From Daphnia carinata (Eukaryota): 64,000 bases of DNA. Location of the stretch: assembly GCF_022539665.2 (NCBI RefSeq), contig NC_081332.1:1-64000 (forward strand). Direction: 5' to 3'. The position numbers and the translations under genes were made by a program. The notes below the pieces were generated by a model. It did not search any database. It worked only from the letters and a program-made list of their open reading frames with translations, and was not told where the DNA came from. This document shows positions 36,562 to 48,100 of the stretch, one piece after another. The number at the start of each line of letters is the position of its first letter. Position 1 is the stretch's first letter.

Positions 36562-37435
36562 GACTGACGAGCGCACGCGAGCACTGGCAAATACGACTGT
36601 CGGATGGGCTAGAATGTGTGGCGAGTGAATGTCTCATCATTATCGATTGATTATTGCGAGGGGGGAGGCCAGTAGACAGTCCATTCACGGCGCCGCAGGG
36701 GCCACGGACTTGTGCGGTAACAGCGAAAAGTAACACCATTTTTCCGTTTGACCTGAGGGAGCCTTGGACTTTGGTGCAGGGCGATTTCACGCAGCCAATT
36801 CAGCAATCGACGGCAGGACAGACTTTTATCTGCTCATGATTCAGCTTCTTGCAATTTTCCCTGACACGGTCGTGTATTTTGCGCCATAATAATCATGACT
36901 GCGACTTCAGCTATTGAAACAATAATCAGCAAAATTGGTCGGTCACGACCAAACGATTCGGCTGGTTTTATTCAGTTTTTATTTGAAAGCAAGTCTTAAA
37001 GACAGAAAGATGACAAGTTCAATGATCGACTCCAGTCAGTCAGCAAAATAACGCGTGCAATTTGTCCCTTCGCGAGAAAAACAAAAACCAAAAAAAGGAC
37101 AAAAAAAGAACAAAAAAACAAAAAGAAACAAAAAGCGAAAAAAAAAAAAATAATCCCATTTCACGAAAGGGGTACAATATCTAAGGGAACTTTGGCACTG
37201 GAACGACATAACACAAAGTACTGCGACTTTTTTTTTTTTTTTTTCAAATTTGGATGATGTGTTAGAAAGATAAATGAGGGAAAAGCGCGCTAACTAGAAA
37301 CGAAAGCCAGATAGTGAAAAAGCAAAATAGACGTCATTTGATGTACCAAAGAATTTGTCGAAATTTCCCCACGAATAATATATAAATATCTATGTAAAGC
37401 TGATTATGGTCCACGTTTTCCGAACGATCCGGCAT

Positions 37436-38311
37436 TCAAGAATGTGTTACGCCTTTACGCGCAACTAGCATGTTCAAGACAGGATATTTCTTGATGTAGT
37501 CGACAGCCTTTTTGTGGGTGCACATGGTCAAATCGTAACCGTTACACTTTAAACAGATAAAAAAGAATAATAATAATAGTGATAACGTAAAATGAAATCA
37601 GGTCAAAAAAGAGCCAAACTGAAAAAAAAAAACAGGATAAAGCTAGACCAACTGGAAATGTAGCTGATAAAAAACTATTTTCCATCTAGCATTTTTTTTT
37701 CATTTAAAAACAAGGTTATTCAGGTACAAATCAAATTTTCGAAAGGCTTATAAAAACTTCAAACAGTAAGGAGCATGATTAACTTTCATACTAGATCCAC
37801 AGAGGTAAATACCTGCAATATTTTGTCGTTCACCCGGAGGCCAGCTTTTGCAGCTATAGTTGTAAACAAACATTAGCACTAGTTGTTGAAAAGAATTTAA
37901 AAATGTGTTGGTACCTGGACTATTTTCTTGCACTTCAGTTACATAGATTCCCTAATTGAAATGTAAAAATAAAATCCAGAAACAATGAAGGCCTCCTAAT
38001 TAGAGGGACTGCTAGAATGAGACACTCACATTATCCGAATAGCTCTGAGGGCTCTTTCTGAAATCCTGGTCAATCCCTCCTCCTATTTTGAAGCCACACC
38101 TATGCACTTCTCTCCCTTCATGGTCCAAGACAGTTTCCTTATGTAGGGTGATGGGAATCTAAATAAATAACAGTGCTCATATTTTTAGCTTTTATTTATA
38201 GGTGGCTACTTGTTTGGGCTAATCAAATGTGACAATGACGCATCAAGTAGGAAGATGGCTTACACTGAGGCACTCCATTGCCGTCCCCGCTTGATGAAAA
38301 AAAGTAGACAT
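37436..38311 (-). CDS. TAX1BP3: Tax1-binding protein 3 / TIP-1 homolog (single PDZ domain, 121 aa, 5 exons)
   Basis: Exons 38311-38264, 38158-38030, 37951-37915, 37853-37813, 37546-37436 (366 nt): MSTFFHQAGTAMECLSIPITLHKETVLDHEGREVHRCGFKIGGGIDQDFRKSPQSYSDNGIYVTEVQENSPAAKAGLRVNDKILQCNGYDLTMCTHKKAVDYIKKYPVLNMLVARKGVTHS*. The GFxIGGGIDQD motif is typical of TIP-1. Confidence 0.93.
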
Positions 38312-39120
38312 TTGATTACAAATTCCTAGTTGAACTTTTTTCTGAGAGGACAGTGTAAATGTTCCAATAACAATTCAGTATTTTTCCCGTTGAAGTCAGT
38401 CGAATGAGCTGTCAAACGATAAAATAGCCAATCATAGGCGATGTTGCCAAATCTCGCAGAAGTTCAAGGTTTGTTGTCATCGTTTATTTTTAGCCTACAT
38501 TTCTAAATGCACATCTACATAAAATCTTTCCGATAATAAGCTGTTTGGGACACGTGAGTCGCGACTGGATCTCAAGCCGCGACACAAATGGATTTCAACC
38601 TTGACCTGCACGAAATATCCGATTTGGCGTCTATCGTTCATGCAGATTTGTCGAAATTCAACTCGCTACAATACAAGAAAAATATGCAAATGCTATTTGA
38701 GGAAACTCTTCAGTCGTTGATTTCGTCTAGATGTTCAAACAACTGCCGAGAATATATAGAAATGGAAGACTACACTCAGACATTGTGATATGTCAAACAC
38801 ACAAGGACAGGAACTTACATTCTTCCTTAATAATACTCGATGGGGCATAATAATTAGACACAGCACTACATACGTTGGAGCCTAAACAGGACGCAAAGTC
38901 CGATACGGAACGTCAAGGAATATTTTGATATGAGTATAGTCATTTTGAAAAATAATGCTAATAACCTAAAGGTAAACATAAAGACCTAAACAACGCAGGG
39001 GATTTCTTCTTTGGATAGACGTCGGGGAGGGGGGGGGGGCTAGGAAATACGGCAGATCCTGTCCTTTGTTAAACACCACGATAAGGTGTGTACCGACTCA
39101 TCCCGGCCTGCTTACAAGTT

Positions 39121-42100
39121 TTAGGCTGTTTCTACAGAATAGAGTGATTCATCAGGAGGTGGAAGGACTGGGAGAGGGGGCGGGGTTGATGCGGGAGGAC
39201 TAGGGCTTTTGTTATTGCCATTGGACATCATCTGGCAGCCGGAAGCAGCCAATAAACTACAAACTTCGTCGACCAAACTGCCACTTCCGCTGCCGAGATC
39301 CAGTGGATTTGAAAATGACGTGCTGTTGTTTATCGCTGGACGACCGTGAGGCGGTACCGGAGGAGGGCCCGTCACGGGAGGGAGGCCTAACGTTCCCGGT
39401 GTCGGTGACATCGGAGGCGCGGTGTACCCCGATTTAGGCGGCAGAGGCGGGGCGGGAGGTGGCCGATGATGCCGCATCGTACCGCATTCCAACGCTTCCG
39501 GGGACATAACAAGCGACGACGGGATGATGGCTGGCTGACCTTTTTTTGGCACTCGCTTCGGGTGGATGGGAGGCGGAGACGCACAATCGCCGCCAACAAA
39601 CGACTCGTCGAACGACGACTTCGACGATCGGGGAGGCAGCGGCGGGGCGATCTGACGGGGCGGAGTTCGGCTCAACGTCGCATCGACGGTGTCGTGCACG
39701 TTCGGCGAAGAATGCGTGTGGCGCGATTGCTGAGTGAGGCTGGTCGGAGGAAGTTTGCTGCTCAACGGAGTCCTAGTTATCGTCGGCGTCGTGACCGGGT
39801 TATTCGAGCCCAACGAATCGCGATCCGTACCGAAACCGGAATCGCGCAGAGAAGCTGGACTGAAGAAAATGTACTCATTGGCCCAGCGCGGAGATTTGGC
39901 CCGGCTCAAAGTTGCAGCGCTGCCTCCGGCTGACCTCGGTGTCGTCGAATTCGTTGAATGAACGGGTTGAATTGGCACAGAGCCGGCCGTATTGGCCGCT
40001 TGTAGTTTCTCCAGGATTTCCGACGGCTTGCAGTACAGATCTTCCTCGTCCTCGCTGCCCACTTCGCCGACGGTCAGGTGGCCGTACAAACTGCTGCTGG
40101 AACTCGATGAACGATTGCTGGGCGGGCCGCCGGCCATCAAAGATCGCTGCGCTTTCACGCGGTCCGAAGCCGTCGGTAGCGACGTATTGAGCAACGCGTT
40201 GCTGTTGTTCAACTTGGCCGGGCTGTACTCGATCCCGGCGTCGCTGTCGGCACGTCGGTGATGATGGCCCAAAGGCGTCGTCGTTTGACTATTGGCGTAA
40301 CGGGCTGCGCCCGTGTCCGGGGAAGGGAATCCCCACTCTTTCAAACGCTGTTTCATTTGAGCTAAACAATCGACCAGCCTCTTGTGCAGTGGCTGCACTT
40401 CCGGCGGTGCCAGCTTGCCGTGCAAAGTGAGACCCGCTTCGAGGATGCGCACCTGTTCGACGATGCACTGGCGCAACTGCAGGACGTGTTCCAGGTGGGT
40501 CGGATGGCTGGCCAAGAAATCCGAATTGAAAAAAGCTTCTTGATATTTTGCTATTCCACCCATGACGCAGGCGTCAATAACGCCCTGGAGTCGCATACTG
40601 AAAGGGTTGATGTTACGGCGCGGCTCGGCAGCATGCAGCGAGGCCAGCTGCTGCAGTTCCCGATTTACCGATAAGACTGTTTCGCAAGCATATTGAACTG
40701 GGGCAATCTCTTCGACATGACGTTCAATCACCTGGAACCACCGCAAAATGCCCGGCAACCTAAAACAAACAATTTAAAAAAAAAAAAAAAAATTTAATGA
40801 AACAAAGGAGTTTGAAATGAAGTTGTGAACAAATCAAACCAAAATTAAAATGGACTTACGGATGCTCGCTAACGAGCCAAGTGCGTTCAATCCAAAGGCT
40901 CTTGAACTCGTTGTCTCGATCGACCGGTCCTTTATGGACGGGCCGGTCCAATTGAAAACGACGGACGTCGTTGACGCGGTAATAGCTGCGTATCTTCTCG
41001 TGAAAGCCGACGAGTCCGGCGTCGAAGACGGGGTGATCCTCGGCCACGGGTTTCACGTTGCAGATCTGGATGTGCTGGCCCTCCGACGTCAGGATGGCGT
41101 CACCCGGTGGCGTGTTCTTCGTCAAAATGTGGGCAGTGGGGAACTCGGTCTGGAGCCTCTGCGTGAACGCGCCGATCCGCTCGTACTCCAAACCGCGGTA
41201 GATGAACAGCCGATTGCGCAAGAACAGCGGAAAACCCTGGCCATAGAAACCAACGCGAAAGTATTCGGGTTCGGGCCGCAACTGGGTCAGGATATGGTCG
41301 TAGAATGCAGCTTGCATGCGCAGTACATGAGACAGTTTGCCATAGTCGTATAGGCGCGTCTCGTAAAAATCGGCCAGCTCTTTGCACAACGGAATGCCCT
41401 TTTCCCAGCACTTGCCACGGTCAAAGTACGCGATGCTCTTCATGTAAAGTTGCCTGGAACGAAACGGTAAAAAAAAAAAAAAAAAAAAAGGAATAAATTA
41501 ATGTCCTTTGGTTGGGGTGGGGAAGGGAGGGATCCAATTGAAAAAGGTTTTTTACTCTTTGCGTTGCCATTCCATTTGCGATGAGTGATGACCGTCGGCC
41601 AGCATCGTTTGACTGGACCAGCCCATTTGGCCGGCGTGCAACTGGAGCGTGAGGGCCGCTTCCGTGTAGTTGTCCGCCGATAAGTGGAGGTCGTGCAGTT
41701 TGTAAATGTAACGTAAGTACATGTCACGGCGATCCACTTCGTCTTTGTAGAAATTCTAAATAATAGAAAAATGGCAACAGTGAGCGACAAACAAGAAGAG
41801 AATCGTTTTTGTTATGACTGATCATCTTGCCAATAGATTAAAGGTGCAGCTCATTCGCTTGTCTCGATTCTCTTCTCCTTCCATGACGTTGCGATAGTCC
41901 AGCAGTCGTTCCAGAAGCCGCGTAATGGAACCGATGAACGCCTTGCCGTGTTTCTGCCACGTCACGTCGCACGATTTCACCTTTTCCAGCAGTCTGATTT
42001 TTGGTCAAATCAATTAAAAAATTATACGACGTGAACGTCAGTGCCATTGGGGTTGTGTACGCAAAACTGTTTGAATTGCGCCCATACTTACATCGAGCTC

Positions 42101-45100
42101 AACATTTCCCTTTAATTTTGTTACGAAGCATTAAAGAAAAAAGATAGAAAAAGTTCAAATCACACGAAACGGCTAATTGGGAATCGGCCAGCCCAGCGAA
42201 AAAGAAAATATATTTAAAAAAAAAAGATACTTACATGGTATTGAAAAGTTCCTTATAATTATCATCGCCCTTATTCTCTCCCACCAGGACGTCCAGTTTA
42301 TCAATCAACTCCGATTCCACCTTTTTTCCACATTAGAAATGAATTTTAAACACACACACAAAATCAGATGGCATTTATCATTGCGACAATCACCTGTTTG
42401 AAATTGCCGCGGTGTCGATGCTCGCAGTCGAGCATGTCGAAGAAAATGGGCAACGTAGCCCGACGTAAAGTCGGTTCGGGTACCAGGGTAACTTGCAGAA
42501 AGGGACCCACCATCGACGGTATAAAATGGATCTTGTAATCACCGATGGCATTCCACATGGTCTACATGGGGGGGGGGGGGGGGTGGCGAAGCAAAACAAA
42601 AACATTAACACACTTTCGAACCTTACAAGATTGAGAAGACGTGTGTTTCCTACAAGGATTTGGAAACCCATTTGAACTCGCATATCACCGCCCTGAGCTC
42701 GGACCATTTTCAACCGTTGTCCAGCTGTGCGTTTCTCCAGCTGCAAGTTGGGCTGCGTCAAGAACGAGACGGCCAGGTCGAAATAATTGCTCCACAACTG
42801 CACGAAATTGAACCTCCCATTTAAAACGCATTCAAACGAAAAATTATAGCATTAAAAAAAAATTCGCGTGATGTTTACCTGACTATCAAACCATCCAGAG
42901 TCGAGAAAGTAGGCTACAAGCGGTTGCGTCATATGGTCCAGGGCAGCCAACATGACGCGGTTGACAACACAGTGCATGGTGGACCACTCCAGTGGGAAGA
43001 CGTGCTCTCCCTGACGGGCCAGCGTCCGCAGCACGGCGAACAGTTGCAACAGAAAATCCTTGAGTGGCTTGCGCTCCGATAATTCAGACCACAGCCGATC
43101 GTAATGTCCCTGATCAAGCAGTTCTAACACGCTGAGCAAGCACGCGACCAGTGGACCCTGGCAAAATGATTCAAAGTTTAAAAATAAACCACCGTGAGGA
43201 AAAAAAAAAGAAAGCCAATTTTTCCGAATCGTTTAAAGAAAACCATTACCACGTTGGAATCCGTTTTCTGAGCTAATTGCACGGCTTGGATGAGAACGCC
43301 CAGCGTGGCCAACGCGATCGTTTCCACATCGCGGTACCAGACGTTGTCCTCTGTCGTGTCGTCGGCCATGCTCATGTTGCGATAGAAATTCATCATGTGG
43401 CCCAGCGTTTCCGTGCAAAACGACGTGACCAACGGCTGCGATAAGTGAAGCCGCAGCTGGCGGCAGACGGTGGGCAGCAAAATGGCACGAGCGGCCGATG
43501 ATTCCGTGAACAGCGGCCCTCTGACGGTGGTGAGTACGAGCTCCATTCTGGCCGTGGCTATCAACGGATGCGGTTCTTTCGGCAGGCTGTCGATCAGCGA
43601 AGATAATAATTTGGCTGCCTCCGCTTGACTCAGAATTCGGCTCAGCTGTTCCACCACCGTGTAAATATTGCGCAGCAAGACGACCTTTTTTTTTTTAAAT
43701 CAAAATTTTAAATGTTATCGAAATGATTTCAAAGTGAAAGGCGAAATGGCGCGCGTACTTGGGTGTTGACAAGCGCATCGTTGTAGAGCGAAGCGACTTT
43801 ATTGAAAGTGGCAAAGAGGGACTGGAGAAATTGGCGGAAATCGTCTCCTTCGTGGTTTTCCAAGATGGCCCTGGCGTAGAGCCGCCGTGATTGGATAACC
43901 AGTTTGAAGAGAATTTCAAAAGCTCGGAAACACTGTTGGATAGGTTCGTGCTTGCAATCACTGCTCGTATGAACACGATCTGTACACTGCTGGACACAAC
44001 TCAGCAGTCCCCTTGAGCATTTAAAAAAAATTACATCATTGAATTAGCCAATCGGTTGGCTTTTTCATTCAGAATATGAATCTACTTGTAAGCCAAAGCA
44101 GCCGAAAAATGATCGGTTATGTAGGCGTCCACGACCGACTTGAAATGCTGGAATTTACTATCGTCCAGCAAACTCAAAATATTCACCTAAAAATAAAAAA
44201 AATAAATTTAAAGAGTTGCAATGTTTAAAATGGATAAGAAAAACATCGGCGTTTAGATTACCAAAACTTCAAAGACCAATCCGGAATGGGGCGTTGCGTT
44301 TCCTTCAGAATCGGAGAACATGACGAAAAGCGAATCCAGCACGTCTTGGAGGAACTTAACCAACTCCTCCCCTCGCAAACGCATGACCAGGTTGAGCGTG
44401 TCGGTAATCCGTTCCGGATGAGACTTCCACTTGAGCAGCGACAGCAAATTGGCTGGAAAAAAAAAAAAAAAAGAAAAATTATAAAACGCGTCAAAGATCA
44501 TTAAGTCGGGCCGTCCTTCGTTATACGCCCAAAAATGGATTTCATACCGTTCTGAGTGAGTTTCGTGGAACAAAGGTAGAAAGCCACCGTGACTGACTCA
44601 CGGCTGTTGCGCTGAAACGACGCACAGGATGGAGACGATGAGGCGATGGACGCAGTGGCCTGAACGGCCGCCGATTGGACCTGCTTCGTCGAGTAGGGCA
44701 ACTGCAGATAGGAGACGGACGGATCTTTCAAGCGGGCACAGTCCTCCACTTTATAAACCAACAGTTGATGCTGTCCGTCCGGTAAGACGGTTCCATCGCG
44801 GTCCATCAGCGGGATGAACGAGAAGCCGATTAGCCTTTTCTCCGTTTTATCTTTGGCTGAAAACGGGAAAATAATCAATGAACATCGATTCAAAATGGAG
44901 GACAACAATGACTCACTGCTGCAATGCCGATATTCAAGGCGTAAATGGGCACCGTAATACTTTTCGATGGGCAATGACACTTTGATCATTTCGTACCAAA
45001 CCGGTCCGTTCATGTGGTAGAGAACCACTGATTGGTGTTGCGTTACTCCTTCCGCGTTCGACGCTCCGTACAAGCAGTTCTACGAGAAAAACAAAAACAA

Positions 45101-48100
45101 AACAAAAACAAAGGACAATATTCAAATGGATGATGAGGAAGGGGGGGGGGGATATCAATTCGATTTGATCAGCTGTTGTTTCTTAGAGTTTGATAGATTT
45201 TTTTTTTTTTTTCTCCATTGTTTCGATATAGCTAACAAGGGTGATGAATGTAACTAACAAGAAAAGATGGCACGGAGGATAATCAAGGCCATTCTTTAAC
45301 AAAAAAAAAAAAAAAAAAAAACATGCATTGTGACAACGAGCGCCGGTCTGGACCGGTTAATATGCACGCATGGATTATTCATGCATTTCGCTCCACGACA
45401 CGAAAGAAAAGGAAGAAAAATACATTATTGATTAGCATCGTAAAAAAAAAAAAACCCGGTTTCACCCTCCCCCCCCCTCCTTCTCTTCACCGTGACACCG
45501 ATCGTGGGAAGGAAAGGAAAGGGGCGGGAGAGCGTCGTGCACTTGCGTCACATCAACGTCATTTCAACGTGAAAAAGGAAAAAATCTTTTCGAGTTCGTG
45601 CCATTGCATGTTCAATACTTGTCAAATTGCTCGACGAATCTAAATTTAACCTGAAGTTTACCTGAATGGGCCTGCCAAACTCGTCTAAAACTTGAACGGT
45701 AACCTCGACGTTTTGCTGGACGTCTTTCCTCCACGTTCGAACTCGCCCCGTTCGATTACAAAGTACAAATCGTTCCTGTCAACAGCACAGAACGGCCATT
45801 TAGAATATAAAAAAAACAAACAACGAAATAATGTACACACGCACATGAAAGCGAAAAAAAAAAAAAAAAAAAAAAAGAAAAGAAAATTTGAATAATTTGC
45901 GCATATGTGAAAGTAGTAAATGCGAATTGCAAACCTGACGTCACCAGGCATGATGACGTCGGGAAAGCCAAGTTTCTGAGTCAATGGGACATTTTTCAAC
46001 AGGTGAATGTACTCGTGTCGCAAGGCGGCCAGTTCCCCACGCAACAGCCGCAGCGAGACGACCACACCTACGTAGTAAGGAGGAAGTGATTAGCAAAAGA
46101 AAAGAAAACAAAAATCCCCGAAAATGAATAGGAAAAAATACGAATGGTTGATCAATCACCTTGAGAAACTTGTCCGGATAAGAGGCTGAATTTGCTAGTC
46201 GATTTCTTGGCTATCAATTCGTGTTGCCATAGGCCGTAATCCTTCTCGTCGCTTTGATACAATTTCAGAGGGTATTCACGTTCCTCTTCGTCTTCAGGGC
46301 CAAGGCCGTTGGCGTCGGCCAGCAACTCGGCCAGGGACAGGACGGCGACGGCGTGAGGACGTCGGTACGTCTGATTGAGCGGTTTCTTCGACGACTCGGT
46401 GTAGAGCAGCCGTCCCAGACGGACCACTTGCACCACCAGATATAAATCCTTTTTCAAATCGGCGCTGCCCAGTTCCTGTAAACAAAAATTCACGACGCGT
46501 AGACCAAAAAAAAAAAAGAAAAGCTTTTAAAGCTATCGATATCGAAATGCAAAGTGGGATGATGGACGAAAGTGGGGAGGTGCGGCCGTACCGTGAAAAG
46601 CGTGGCGCTGTTGTTGGCTTTGCCGATGTAGCTGGAGAATCCCTCTTTGAAAACTTTGACTAGAAACTTTTCGCTACGAGCCAGACGAAAAAAAAAAAAA
46701 CAACAAAAAAAAACAGAAAATAAATGTCAATTGTCAACTACAAGCCAACGCCAAAAACACCCAAACGAAAAGAAAGAAATACAAAAATAAAACTTGTGTT
46801 TTAAGGGTTCACCTCACGTAGCGCGAGTGTTGCATGTCGTACAAAACGAAATACACCTCGGCATCTTCGCCGAGCGAGCAGCCAAAGTGACGCATCGACA
46901 GGTACAAGTGATGAGTGGCCGGACGCGATTCCGCATTCTTGCCACCTCTGGCCGGCAGAGTGGAATTCCACTAGAATTTAATCCCGCAAAATAAAAAAAA
47001 AATGTAACATTAATTTCGTAAACGAAAATAAACAAACAATGAACTGAGAAAGCTTTGCCTACCGTGGCACTGCGGTTCTTTTCGGCACTCGTCACATGCT
47101 AGTGCAAATAATAACGAAAGAAAAAAGTGAGCATTAAAATGAGTGTTATTAATTCAAGATGAACGAAACGTATCAAGAAACTGGAACGTACGACGTTGTA
47201 GAGTTGATACACTCCAAGGGTATCGGGTCCGACGATGCGTTCGTCGATTCGCGGCACCAAGTCCAGTCCCAGTTTCCTAAACAGAAATTTAAAGAAAATA
47301 TATGTGTTCAATGCCGCCCTTTCCTTTCTTTCATCTTCTGACAAGGGGGAGTTCGCTCAAAAAAACGCAACTTGGCATTGGCATGGAAATATGTGTTTCC
47401 GAACGAACGTGACACGCGGAGAATGAGACGGGCAAAATGTGACTTTATGGCATTGGAGACAAACTCCGAGTTCTTTATTTTTTATTTTTATTTTAGATTT
47501 TTACAATTTAACAAGCGCAGTATGGGGGCCCCTGGAGCCGTAAAAATGGTGTTGGCCATGTTGCTATGACCGTGCCTTTAAATCCAGTATTATACCCATT
47601 TCAATTTAAAATGCGCCAGACATACATAAAAAGAAAAGAAAAAAAAAAAAAAGTCTTCTCTCTCTCTTTTCTTTTTTTTTTCTTCTTCTTCTTTAAGGAA
47701 AAAAAAAAAAAAAAACCGGTCGAACTTGTATCCTAGACGATAAAGAATACAGACACACACAGAGAAACCCAATGGCCAAATAGGGTGGCCGTCATCGACC
47801 GCTTTTTACACGTTGGCCAAGACCGGTTTGAAATTATTCTTCATGTTGAGGAGAAAAAAGAAAAAAAAAACAGCAATGTCAACTGGTTTCCTTCTTTTCT
47901 GAAAGTATGGACAAACGCTAGCATATTTAAAAATTAAGGTTGGAAGAAAAAAAAAATGGAATAATAAAACAAAACAAAAATCTAGAAGCCGTTAAGACGG
48001 TGTCTCGTATCAAGAGTTCGAGACTACCGTTTGCAGTAGCCCGATGCCAGGTTGTCAACTTTCTTCTTTTCTTAAACAATAAAAAAAAAATAGATAAATA

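Noticed and set aside
38588..38788. 66-aa + strand ORF between TAX1BP3 and DOCK
   Set aside because: No recognisable domain; lies in the probable DOCK 3'UTR.
39121..39140. DOCK C-terminus as a ligand for the neighbouring PDZ protein
   Set aside because: The tail ..SVETA does not fit the class I S/T-x-V/L motif.
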